A DNA stretch of 23,021 bases from Promethearchaeota archaeon (lineage in GTDB: Archaea > Asgardarchaeota > Lokiarchaeia > Sigyniarchaeales > SOKP01), in assembly GCA_048940445.1 (NCBI GenBank), contig JBHLON010000038.1, positions 5,790 to 28,810 on the forward strand. Direction: 5' to 3'. Below the pieces are notes generated by a model. The model saw only the letters and a list, made by a program, of their open reading frames with translations. It was not told the DNA's origin and made no database searches. The position numbers and the translations under genes were made by a program. Below are positions 1 to 9,282 of the stretch, piece by piece (within the stretch, counting starts at the first letter, position 1; every line of letters starts with the position of its first letter).

Positions 1-324
1 TTGAAAGCGACTTATAGTACGTTACCAAGTGGGTATAATTATGTATACGATTTCTATTTAGCTTCAGGTAGTACTCTTGCTAGACCTAAAAACGCACAAT
101 ATTCTCTTATAAGCGATAAAATTAATCAAAACTTCGTTAGTATAATCAGTTGCGATGTAACTGCCGCAGTTGGACTTCAGAATTTACAAAATGACATTGA
201 GGATATATTAGCACCAGTTCCAGAAGTTGGAATTCCAGGATTTCAGGTTGGTTTACTCCTACTTGGAATGATTTCAACGATTTCAATAGTTATGTTAACA
301 AGACGAAAAAAAATTAAACAATAA
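1..324 (+). CDS. C-terminal part of a probable sugar ABC transporter solute-binding protein with a C-terminal membrane anchor (IPGF / Loki-CTERM-like); 5'-truncated by the window edge
   Basis: Frame is open from base 1. It ends IPGF + hydrophobic helix (VGLLLLGMISTISIVML) + basic tail RRKKIKQ. The ARP..YS.IS motif resembles the end of CUT1 binding proteins. It lies directly upstream of the permease and ATPase. Confidence 0.75.
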   Translation: MKATYSTLPSGYNYVYDFYLASGSTLARPKNAQYSLISDKINQNFVSIISCDVTAAVGLQNLQNDIEDILAPVPEVGIPGFQVGLLLLGMISTISIVMLTRRKKIKQ

Positions 325-342
325 TTTTAAATAAAACCAAAA

Positions 343-358
343 TTTTTTTTTTTTTTTT
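343..358 (+). terminator. Oligo-T tract (16 T), archaeal intrinsic terminator-like
   Basis: Uninterrupted T16 starting 19 nt after the stop codon of ORF 1..324. Confidence 0.55.
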
Positions 359-391
359 AATAATTTTTAATAAATTAAATTATGATTAAAT

Positions 392-2422
392 ATGTCAAGA
401 ACTCTCACTGAAGAATTAGAAGTAGTTGTTTTACCTCAAGGTCAAAAGAATAAGCCTCCATCTGATAATAAATTTATTACTGCTATAGTATCTCCTGCGT
501 TAATAATATTTGGAATATCTATTTTTATCCCTATCGCAATAGGAATAATTATTAGTTTGCGAAATAGTCAAGGCTCAAACTTCTTTGGAACTCAATTTGT
601 TTTAACCCATTATTATAACCTTTTATTTTTCGGAAGGGAAGCGAGTAAAACATTTTATCAAGATATGTATCAAACCTTATTTTTTTCAATTGTTTCTGTT
701 TCAATTGAATTCATAATGGGTTTAGGATTTGCATTGATATTAAATAAAAAGTTTAAAGGGAGGGGATTAGCTCGTGCAACTTTATTAATACCTTGGGCAA
801 TACCTACAGTAGCATCTGCTACAATTTTTCGCTATAAAATATTTGCTCCTTTAGAAGATTATGGATTGGTTAATAGTATTTTAAACATGCTAAATATGAC
901 CCCAGTACAATTTTTCGGACCTCCTGGTGTAGCTAACACACTCTTTACAATACCTATACTTTTTCCCTTTAGCCCTTACATCGGAGAAATAGAAATTTCT
1001 ACAACAATGTTCACAGCAATTATAATAGATGTGTGGAAAACAACTCCTTTTATAACCTTATTAATATTAGCAGCTCTTCAGATTGTACCAGGAGATTTAC
1101 ACAAAGCTGGCGATGTAGCAGGTGCATCTGGGTGGCAAAAATTCAGATATATAACATGGCCTTTAATAAAGCCTGGTATAGGAATTGCTTTAATTTTTCG
1201 CATTATGCAAGCTTTGAGGGTATATGATGCTATAGTTATATTTCAAGATCCAAGGGTAGCTTCAATGACAGTTCAAGCCTATAATGTATACGTTACTTCT
1301 CAATATGGTCTAGCTTCTGCTATTGCAGTTCTACTATTTGCCATAATTATAGTATTTGCAATTATTATCTTTTATTTTACAAGAAGAAGGGGAAAAAGGG
1401 AAAAAAAAAGGAGTAAAGTAGAAGTAAGTAACGTTTTTGGAAAATCGGAAGAAACATTTGGTACTGAAGGATATTTGGAAGAAATTGAATTTAAGGAACC
1501 AAGAATTAAAGCTCCTTCAGAAAGGAAAATAAGGTGGTATGTAAGAAAGAAAAAATTAAAATCAATAATTTTTTATGTAGCAGTTGCCTTTATGTGCATT
1601 TTTTGTGCATTTCCTTTTATTTGGGTTGTTTTACATTCATTCAGGGATCCATATACATATCCAACTTATTTTGAAATAATTCCTAAAAAATTTTCTATCG
1701 ATGCATATTTACTATTATTTCAAACGTCTCAATTTACAGGTGTTTCTTTTGGCATTTCATTGTTAAATAGTTTAATTTTAGCAGGACTTACAGTGCTTTT
1801 AACACTTGTAGTTGGATCATTAATCGCATACGCTATAGCAAAATTTGATTTTCCTGGAAAGGCTACATTGAATTCCTTCATTTTTTCAATGAATAGTTTG
1901 CCACCATTGATTATAATAATTCCTTACTTTATACAGACAGCATTTCTATCAGATTTAATCCCTTTTATTCAATTTCAAGATAATATTTTTGCATTAGTAC
2001 TTCCATACGCTGCTTTCAATTTACCGCTAGCTGTTTTTGTTTTAATTGCTTTTTTCAATGAGGTTCCAGAAGAATTAAGGAAAGCAGCAAAGGTAGATGG
2101 AGCTTCAAATTTCCAAATATTTAGAAAAGTCTTCTTACCTTTAACTATACCTGGAATATTCACTTGTGGGATTTTAGTTTTTATTTCTTCCTGGAATGAA
2201 TTATTATTTGCGCGCATCTTTATAACTTCTGCTAGTCATCAAACGGTCCCACAGGCAATAGTAAGATTTGTTTTTAATGATTTGTCTCAAACAGCACATT
2301 GGGATACCACTGTTACCTTAATGGCTGCAACATCGTTGGCTACAGTTCCTTTAATTATATTCGTATTAATATTTCAGAAAAAAATAATAAGTGGATTAAC
2401 GAGGGGTGCCGTTAAAGGTTAA
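392..2422 (+). CDS. Carbohydrate ABC transporter permease, fused MalF-like and MalG-like domains
   Basis: Two complete TM domains in one ORF. The first has LLIPWAIP, DVWKTTPF and loop KAGDVAGASGWQKFRYITWP. The second has AYAIAKFDFPGK, loop KAAKVDGASNFQIFRKVFLP and end FQKKIISGLTRGAVKG. A charged linker joins them. Confidence 0.93.
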   Translation: MSRTLTEELEVVVLPQGQKNKPPSDNKFITAIVSPALIIFGISIFIPIAIGIIISLRNSQGSNFFGTQFVLTHYYNLLFFGREASKTFYQDMYQTLFFSIVSVSIEFIMGLGFALILNKKFKGRGLARATLLIPWAIPTVASATIFRYKIFAPLEDYGLVNSILNMLNMTPVQFFGPPGVANTLFTIPILFPFSPYIGEIEISTTMFTAIIIDVWKTTPFITLLILAALQIVPGDLHKAGDVAGASGWQKFRYITWPLIKPGIGIALIFRIMQALRVYDAIVIFQDPRVASMTVQAYNVYVTSQYGLASAIAVLLFAIIIVFAIIIFYFTRRRGKREKKRSKVEVSNVFGKSEETFGTEGYLEEIEFKEPRIKAPSERKIRWYVRKKKLKSIIFYVAVAFMCIFCAFPFIWVVLHSFRDPYTYPTYFEIIPKKFSIDAYLLLFQTSQFTGVSFGISLLNSLILAGLTVLLTLVVGSLIAYAIAKFDFPGKATLNSFIFSMNSLPPLIIIIPYFIQTAFLSDLIPFIQFQDNIFALVLPYAAFNLPLAVFVLIAFFNEVPEELRKAAKVDGASNFQIFRKVFLPLTIPGIFTCGILVFISSWNELLFARIFITSASHQTVPQAIVRFVFNDLSQTAHWDTTVTLMAATSLATVPLIIFVLIFQKKIISGLTRGAVKG

Positions 2423-2448
2423 ACTGGATATTAAAAGAGGTTAAAAAA

Positions 2449-3549
2449 ATGGTCGTAATTAGATTAAAAAATGTTAATAAGCAATTTGGTGAAGATGTCG
2501 TAGTTCTCAAGAATATCAATTTAGAGATATCTGATAAAGAATTCCTTGTTCTTGTTGGTCCATCTGGTTGTGGTAAATCAACATGCTTAAATTTAATAGC
2601 TGGCTTAGAATATGTAACTTCAGGGAAGATCTATTTCGATGATGCTGATGTTACTTTTCTTCCTCCAAAAGAACGAAAAATAGCTATGGTTTTTCAGAGT
2701 TATGCTTTATATCCACACATGAATGTAAGAGAAAATATGGGATTTTCATTAAAGCTTTCAAGAATGGATAAGAAAGAAATTGATAAAAGAGTTAAAGCTG
2801 CTGCGGAGCTATTGGGAATAGAAGAGCTATTAGAGCGTAAACCTGGTGAGTTAAGTGGAGGACAACGGCAGAGAGTAGCCCTAGGCAGAGCTATAGTCAG
2901 ATATCCAACGGTTTTCCTTTTTGATGAACCTTTAAGTAATCTGGATGCAAAATTAAGAGTTCAAATGCGTGGAGAAATAATAAAATTACAAAGAAAGCTT
3001 CAAATAACTCAAATCTATGTTACTCATGATCAAGTCGAAGCAATGTCTATGGCAGATCGTATTGCTATTTTATTTGATGGGCAATTTCAACAAATAGGTA
3101 CTCCTACCGAAGTATATAATAAACCTGCAAATAAGTTCGTAGCAGGATTTATTGGGTCACCAGCAATGAATTTTTGGGACGCAAAAATTGATGACACTAA
3201 ATTATTTTTTGGTCAACAGGAGTATCCTCTTCCTATAGAAATATTAGAAAAGATAAAAAATAGAGAATCGGAATCAGACAATTTGATACTTGGAATCCGT
3301 CCTGAACATATCACCATTACACCAAAAGTTCATGATAACTCATATGAAGTCCATCTAGCTGTAGTAGAATTTCTTGGAGCTGAGACTATTATCACTTTTG
3401 AATTTCCTGATGGTATCAGTGGAATGGTTTCCACGCCAGGATTTTTTGAGGCTAAAATGGGAGATAAAGCATATATTTCTTTTCCTATTGAAAAAATTCA
3501 TTTATTTGATAATGATACTGAGAAAAATTTAATCCATAATTCTAAATAA
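2449..3549 (+). CDS. Sugar ABC transporter ATP-binding protein (MalK/UgpC family)
   Basis: Walker A GPSGCGKST, Q-loop VFQSYALYPH, signature LSGGQRQR, Walker B FLFDEPLSNLD, H-switch YVTHDQ, C-terminal TOBE region (GIRPEH). Confidence 0.97.
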   Translation: MVVIRLKNVNKQFGEDVVVLKNINLEISDKEFLVLVGPSGCGKSTCLNLIAGLEYVTSGKIYFDDADVTFLPPKERKIAMVFQSYALYPHMNVRENMGFSLKLSRMDKKEIDKRVKAAAELLGIEELLERKPGELSGGQRQRVALGRAIVRYPTVFLFDEPLSNLDAKLRVQMRGEIIKLQRKLQITQIYVTHDQVEAMSMADRIAILFDGQFQQIGTPTEVYNKPANKFVAGFIGSPAMNFWDAKIDDTKLFFGQQEYPLPIEILEKIKNRESESDNLILGIRPEHITITPKVHDNSYEVHLAVVEFLGAETIITFEFPDGISGMVSTPGFFEAKMGDKAYISFPIEKIHLFDNDTEKNLIHNSK

Positions 3550-3630
3550 AATATTTCTTCCTATAATTATAGAGCAAAATTTCGAATTAAGGTGTTTTCA
3601 ATCGGTTTTATTAATAATCTATATGTCAGA

Positions 3631-4059
3631 ATGAAAGAAAAGAATATTTTATCTGGAATTATTCTCTCAGATCTAATTTGCTTTATTTCTTACCTAATAT
3701 TTCCTAGTGGTTTAATTTACGTTGCTGATATCCAAATGTTAATCGGTGACCTTTGGGGGACATATTTTGCTTTAAAGTATCTTAAAAAGAAACAAAATTA
3801 TTTTAAAAATGGAATAGCAATAGGTTTAGGAGGGGCATCTCTATCAGCGATATCAATTTTTTTGTTTAACGCTACATTAGCTCTTGGTACTCCATTAGAG
3901 ACAATTTTATTATTTCTTTTAGTCATGCTAATTGAGGCTATTATTGTTGGTTTGATAGCAGGAGCTCTCATAGGATATTACTTCGTTATAAAAGAAGGTC
4001 CGACTAAGAAACTAACTGTTGCTGAAAAAGAATTCTATGATAGTTTAAAGGATTCATAA
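3631..4059 (+). CDS. Hypothetical integral membrane protein (~4 TM helices)
   Basis: Four Gly-rich hydrophobic segments and a charged C-tail. I prefer the in-frame ATG at 3631 over GTG 3592 because a TATA-like TTTATTAATAA lies at ~3607-3617. Confidence 0.75.
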   Translation: MKEKNILSGIILSDLICFISYLIFPSGLIYVADIQMLIGDLWGTYFALKYLKKKQNYFKNGIAIGLGGASLSAISIFLFNATLALGTPLETILLFLLVMLIEAIIVGLIAGALIGYYFVIKEGPTKKLTVAEKEFYDSLKDS

Positions 4060-4436
4060 AAAAAGTTGTCCTTAGAAGCTTATAATTTTTAAAAATATAA
4101 ATTTAATATTATTAAAACTTATTTTCTCTAGAGCGATAGAAAGAACGATTGATGATCAAGGTAACAAGTATAGTGTTGGAGAGGAAGAGAAATTCATGGT
4201 TTATTATCCGCACATTACGATTATGAAGAAAAAGATGGGTTAGATAAACATTATAAAAGTATAAAAGTAGTAAATACTCTTTAAATTCAAGGTTTGAGTA
4301 TAATCTTAGAACCAGGCGAGAGTTCTCAGAGTTAGAACAGAATCTGAGAGTTTAATTGACCGTCCTTTTGGAGGATTTAGACTTTTAATTCTTTAAAACC
4401 CTTCTGTTAATATTGTATATTTAAGGGGAGTTAATA

Positions 4437-4811
4437 ATGAAAAATCAAGACAATAAAGCATATACAGCAGGATATAATAATAATTTATTTGTTTATGGCA
4501 CTTTACAGTATGGACAAAGTAGAAATTATATCCTTAATGGTTTAAAATATGAAAAAGCAGTTTTACTAAATCATCGTAAAGTAAGTCCTCCTTCTTTAAA
4601 TTTTCCCTTTATAGTACAACAGAACTCTTCTGAAGTGGAAGGGGAGATTTATTATGGATTAGATAAAAATCTTATTAAGCAAATTGATGTAATTGAAGGA
4701 GCAGGATCTTTATATTATAGGGTTTTAGTAAAAGTAAAATTAAACAATGGAACCGAATTAAAAGCTTTTACTTATTACCCTTCTGAAAATTTAATAAAAC
4801 ATTATAGATAA
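4437..4811 (+). CDS. Gamma-glutamylcyclotransferase / AIG2-like family protein
   Basis: LFVYGTL motif, VEGEIY, IDVIEG (catalytic Glu position), LYYR. SD-like AAGGGGAG upstream. Confidence 0.9.
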   Translation: MKNQDNKAYTAGYNNNLFVYGTLQYGQSRNYILNGLKYEKAVLLNHRKVSPPSLNFPFIVQQNSSEVEGEIYYGLDKNLIKQIDVIEGAGSLYYRVLVKVKLNNGTELKAFTYYPSENLIKHYR

Positions 4812-4828
4812 TTGATGGAAGTATTTTA

Positions 4829-5563
4829 ATGTCAGTCAATGATTCAAAAAATATTGAAAGTCGTAAAAAAATCCTCGTTATAGATAATTACCCTCGTAGA
4901 TTCCCTACAGATAGAATAGCACGTATAGAAACAATAGTGAATAACTGTATTGCCGGATTAGAATTAGAGACAGTTCACTACACTCAATTTAATAACGAAT
5001 TACCAAATGATGTTATAGGAGTTATTATTTCAGGTTCAAATTTAAATGTTTCCAGTTTTTATTTCAATAATAAATTAAAAAGGCGATTTAAATATCAATT
5101 AGAATTTATTCGTCAGAATCAAATCCCTATACTAGCAATTTGTTTTGGATTTCATTTAGTTGCATATGCTTATGGTGCACAAATATGTAGAATGCAGTTA
5201 TCAGGTTTAGGAGGAAAAATTATTTTTATTTTGCTTAATGAAACAGACAATCTAATCCCACACGCAAATATACCAGTAAATATTCACCATCGTGATTTTG
5301 TTTCTCCTAATGATTGTGAAATCCAAAAGAATTTTGAAATAAGAGCAACTTCAAGAACTTTAGGATATAAGATGATTCAATATATGAAACATATTGATAA
5401 ATCAATTTTTTCACTTCAATTCCATCCAGAAACTCATAATGCAGATTATTTCCATCCTTCTTTATTCGATAAGAGAATTACATCTAGAACTATGATGATT
5501 GGAAGAGAAATTATTGAAAATTTCATATGGTTCTGCTACCATAAAAAAAGTCGCTCTGAATAA
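4829..5563 (+). CDS. Class I glutamine amidotransferase-like protein (GMP synthase A / peptidase C26-like)
   Basis: VIDNY start, IISGS oxyanion strand, nucleophile elbow ILAICFGFH, and QFHPE, giving an intact Cys-His-Glu triad. Confidence 0.88.
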   Translation: MSVNDSKNIESRKKILVIDNYPRRFPTDRIARIETIVNNCIAGLELETVHYTQFNNELPNDVIGVIISGSNLNVSSFYFNNKLKRRFKYQLEFIRQNQIPILAICFGFHLVAYAYGAQICRMQLSGLGGKIIFILLNETDNLIPHANIPVNIHHRDFVSPNDCEIQKNFEIRATSRTLGYKMIQYMKHIDKSIFSLQFHPETHNADYFHPSLFDKRITSRTMMIGREIIENFIWFCYHKKSRSE

Positions 5564-5858
5564 ATAATATGGTTTTTCACATGGTTAAGAAATTTCGCTA
5601 AAGAGATCTATATGATTATCTCCTTATAATTTGATTGGATATTACCTAATTTCTCATAAAATTCAATTTTAATACATTTTTTATCTTAAATGAGTAAAGA
5701 AAAAGTCATGATTTTATATTTTAAAATTAAAACTCTAGTATATCTTGCTTTTTATTTTTAGATATCCAAAAATTTCTATATTCAATTATGAAAAGAAATA
5801 TTATGTTAAGTTTTTATTGTTAGTTAATAGAATAATTAACCTTAATGGGGTGTAAAAT

Positions 5859-6206
5859 TTGTCTGAAACAAAAGAAAAAGAAGTGAAAAGTGAAGATAAA
5901 GAAGAGAAATTATCTAAGAGAAGCGTATTTCCTGAAATATATGCTCTAACTAATGAAGAAGGTACAGGATATGATATTGAAGTATATCTACCAGGAGTAG
6001 AAAAAAATACTATTGATTTGAAAATGGCTAAAGATTATATAAGAATTGCTGGTGAGAGTGAGAATATTAAATATATAGGAGATTATCAATTATGCTGCCC
6101 AATCGAACCAACTAAAGCAAAATCAACTTATAAGGAAGGTTTACTAAAGATTCATGTTCCTTTCAAACAGATTGAATTAGAAACGATTGATGTTGAAATT
6201 GAATAA
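5859..6206 (+). CDS. Small heat shock protein (Hsp20 / alpha-crystallin family)
   Basis: YLPGVEKNTI and AKSTYKEGLLKIHVP motifs, C-terminal I/V-x-I motif (VEIE). TTG start with GGGGTG SD-like site upstream. Confidence 0.92.
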   Translation: MSETKEKEVKSEDKEEKLSKRSVFPEIYALTNEEGTGYDIEVYLPGVEKNTIDLKMAKDYIRIAGESENIKYIGDYQLCCPIEPTKAKSTYKEGLLKIHVPFKQIELETIDVEIE

Positions 6207-6542
6207 AAAATCTAAATTTCTTTCTTTATTTTTTTAAATTAATGTTATTTTGATGATAATCCTAATTGAGGCGATCTACTAGGAGTCATTTTAAAGAGTG
6301 TCTTGAAAATATTCAAAAAAGTAAAGTAATTAGTCAAAATACCGAAAATAAATTGAGAGACATTGAATTTGATAAAGAGATTTTAATCCAAGAAATTTGT
6401 AAGGGTTTAAATGAAAACTCTATTTCTTAAAATTTAAAAATAGGTAAATTACTCTTTTTATTAAGAATACCCTTTTTATTAAGCAGTAAAAAATTTAAGA
6501 TTTAGGAATAGAAAATAAAAAAACTGTTTAAAATTTATAAAA

Positions 6543-6556
6543 ATAAGGTTTAAAAG
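6543..6556 (+). promoter_or_regulatory. Putative archaeal BRE/TATA promoter of the superoxide reductase gene
   Basis: Purine-rich AATAAGG followed by TTTAAAAG about 115 nt upstream of ATG 6669. Weak evidence in AT-rich DNA. Confidence 0.35.
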
Positions 6557-6668
6557 CTCATTTCTTTAATTCTTAAATGAATATAGCTTTCTATATTATA
6601 GTTAAAATATTGATAAAATAGATGGAAAGCTCTATAGTTAAAAAAATTAAATATAAGAGAGAATAAAA

Positions 6669-7049
6669 ATGGTAGATTTAAATGAGTTTTTCCAATCAGC
6701 AGATTGGAAAAAAGAAAAGCACGTACCTGTCATTGAGATTCAAGAAAAAAAAGAGAATCAACTTAATATTAAATGTACAGTTGGAAAGGAGATTGCTCAT
6801 CCCAATACAACAGAACATCACATTAGCTGGATGGAATTATACTTTTTACCAAAAGGAGAAAAATTTCCTTATTTAGTAAATAAAACTGAATTTACATCAC
6901 ATGGTGAATCTGTTAATGGTCCAAATACTAGTACAATTTATACTGAGCCTTCAGTAGTTATTACTTTTAAGACTGAAAAACCAGGGACTATAATTGCTTT
7001 TTCTTACTGCAACATTCATGGATTATGGCAGAATAGTCTAGAATTGTAA
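6669..7049 (+). CDS. sor: Superoxide reductase, 1Fe neelaredoxin type
   Basis: EKHVP, HPNTTEHHI and CNIHGLW supply the Fe(His)4Cys ligands. No N-terminal desulforedoxin domain. Confidence 0.96.
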   Translation: MVDLNEFFQSADWKKEKHVPVIEIQEKKENQLNIKCTVGKEIAHPNTTEHHISWMELYFLPKGEKFPYLVNKTEFTSHGESVNGPNTSTIYTEPSVVITFKTEKPGTIIAFSYCNIHGLWQNSLEL

Positions 7050-7127
7050 TTTTAATATAAATATTTTTTTTTATTTATTACTTAAGTTAAATTAAAATTT
7101 ATTAAGATATTATAAAAAACCACTTCA

Positions 7128-9146
7128 TTGGTTAGGAAAATTACAGCTGCAAATACTATCTTTATAGTTAATCCAAATTTAGGTCATCCTAAAATCCTTA
7201 GTATCAATAAGGATATAACTACTAGAAAGTATAGCTTAGAACTCCTGTTTATTACTAACATGAATAATTCTGCAAACCTTCAAGAATATTTAATTGATAA
7301 TATTGGTCTTGTTCCCATTTTAAATTTTGAATGGAAAGTAAAAAAGCTTATCGAAGAACGCGGATTTAAGAAGAAAGCTAAGGAATTCTGGATTAGAATA
7401 AAAAATTTGATTTTAGGTAAGAAATTAGAAAGGGAATACGAGATTTCTCTTACCGAATATGGACATACTGGTGAAAAAATATCATATCGAAAAACGTTTA
7501 AAAAAAAAGAACTTAAAAATGTTAATCCAAGAACGTTTAGGATTGCTCCTTTAGATACTAAAATTCAAAAAGTTGAACCTGTCGCAACAATTCAAATTGA
7601 TGATTTAGCCTATTTAAAAGATCAATATTGTAATCCACAAAGATATCTTTTAACGGTAAAGGCCTTTCAAAATTTAAACCATTTCTATAAATTGGTCCTA
7701 GAATTCTCTTTAAATGATGAAATCATAGACTTTTTATCAGATTATAATTATGTTATGTTTGATATAATGTATAAAAGCAGTTCTTCCAATAAAAAAATAA
7801 ATTATCATTCGCTCGTAATAACTAAAAATGAATGGCAGAATATTAATATTTTTCAGATAACAGATTTACATTTGGCAAAAAGAAATGACGAAATGGTTAA
7901 GAAGGTTGAGGAAATGTATAAAAATAAAAAATTCGATCTCCCGCATGAGAAAATAATCAGTTTATCTCAATCTTTTAAAAAACGATTAATAAATCCAAAT
8001 AATCTATTTCGTAGTTTTATAAAAATAGCAAATGGAAAAGTTTTAAAAAATGAGATAGATTTCATATTTATTACTGGAGATATAGTAGATTTTACAATTT
8101 CAAGCAATCAATCTCCTGATCAAGAGGATATATTTAATTTCGAAATGAGCAATTGGTTAGTCTTCAAAGAAATTATTTTGCATATAAATCTTGCTAATAA
8201 CGATGGTATAGAAGAATATGAAGAGTTAATGTGCCCAATTTATACTATACCAGGAAATCATGATTATAGACCTTGGCAATATGATTTAAGTTGGGGCGGT
8301 CTTTATAAAAAAGTTGGGCTTAAAAAGTTAGAAGCCCAAGCATTAAAAGAGGAGTATTTAGCTTCTCCAATAAAGGCAATTTTAAAAAGTGATAAAGCTT
8401 TAGAAGGATATTTGAGAGAAATAAATGCATCTTTGGATTATTTCTTAAAATTTGGTTCATTATGTTGTATTTTTTTAAACACTGGGGCAGATTCTTATAG
8501 AAAGATAACAGATTTTGTTAGAGGAAATCCATCATTAACTGGTATTAATAAAAAGCAAGTTAAATTTTTAGAGAATATAATTAATTTTAATGCTCATAAA
8601 AAAGATACGATTATCCTTTCTATTCATGGACCACCAATTAACACACCCTTAAAAAGAAATCTGATGAGTAGAATTAAAAGGATATTTAAAAAAGAAATAA
8701 AAACTAATTTAGATCAATTTAAGGAATCAAATTTTAGAAATGTGAATGATATTCAAACCAAAGCTCGAATTGATGATAAATTTAATGTTAGCTATGGAAC
8801 TATATCTACTAATTTAGAGAAACTCATTGATTTTTGCTATAATTATGTTATCCTTACTATCTCGGGTCATACACATATATTGAATGAATTTCGATTGGAA
8901 AAATTAATCTCTAATCAAAAAAAAATGGATAAAAAGGAAGATCCTAATATAGCAATTTACTACGATGATTATTCCAAAATTTATAAAAGTCCGAAAGATA
9001 TAAAAAGAAGAAGTCCATTTATAGTTCAAACACCTGCGTTGGGATTTAAGGCATTTAAAAAGCCCGGGAGAGTAGGTGGATTTCGAGAAATTAAAATAAG
9101 AAATAGTAAGTTATCATCTTTTAAAGTTAGTTACATTAATCAATGA
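7128..9146 (+). CDS. Large calcineurin-like metallophosphoesterase
   Basis: All five motifs in order: TDLH, TGDIVD, PGNHD, SIHGP, SGHTH. About 235-aa N-terminal extension. TTG start is uncertain. Confidence 0.88.
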   Translation: MVRKITAANTIFIVNPNLGHPKILSINKDITTRKYSLELLFITNMNNSANLQEYLIDNIGLVPILNFEWKVKKLIEERGFKKKAKEFWIRIKNLILGKKLEREYEISLTEYGHTGEKISYRKTFKKKELKNVNPRTFRIAPLDTKIQKVEPVATIQIDDLAYLKDQYCNPQRYLLTVKAFQNLNHFYKLVLEFSLNDEIIDFLSDYNYVMFDIMYKSSSSNKKINYHSLVITKNEWQNINIFQITDLHLAKRNDEMVKKVEEMYKNKKFDLPHEKIISLSQSFKKRLINPNNLFRSFIKIANGKVLKNEIDFIFITGDIVDFTISSNQSPDQEDIFNFEMSNWLVFKEIILHINLANNDGIEEYEELMCPIYTIPGNHDYRPWQYDLSWGGLYKKVGLKKLEAQALKEEYLASPIKAILKSDKALEGYLREINASLDYFLKFGSLCCIFLNTGADSYRKITDFVRGNPSLTGINKKQVKFLENIINFNAHKKDTIILSIHGPPINTPLKRNLMSRIKRIFKKEIKTNLDQFKESNFRNVNDIQTKARIDDKFNVSYGTISTNLEKLIDFCYNYVILTISGHTHILNEFRLEKLISNQKKMDKKEDPNIAIYYDDYSKIYKSPKDIKRRSPFIVQTPALGFKAFKKPGRVGGFREIKIRNSKLSSFKVSYINQ

Positions 9147-9282
9147 TAATTATTCACTTTTTATATAAAAAAGTCAAAATTTGATGTAAAAGAGAATTCA
9201 AATAGAATTTTGATCTTGAGACTAAGAAAAAAGAACTATATATAATGATTTTTATAAAGTATTTTTGTATAATAACTTACAC

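Noticed and set aside
1033-2217. Alternate-frame ORFs 1033..1227 (+) and 1975..2217 (-)
   Set aside because: Both lie wholly inside the well-supported permease and show no recognisable motifs.
4150-4347. TGATGA ... CTGA as a box C/D sRNA
   Set aside because: The C box lacks the leading purine and the boxes are ~190 nt apart, far longer than typical archaeal C/D guides.
6682-6876. 64-aa alternate-frame ORF inside sor
   Set aside because: Shadow frame of a conserved gene.
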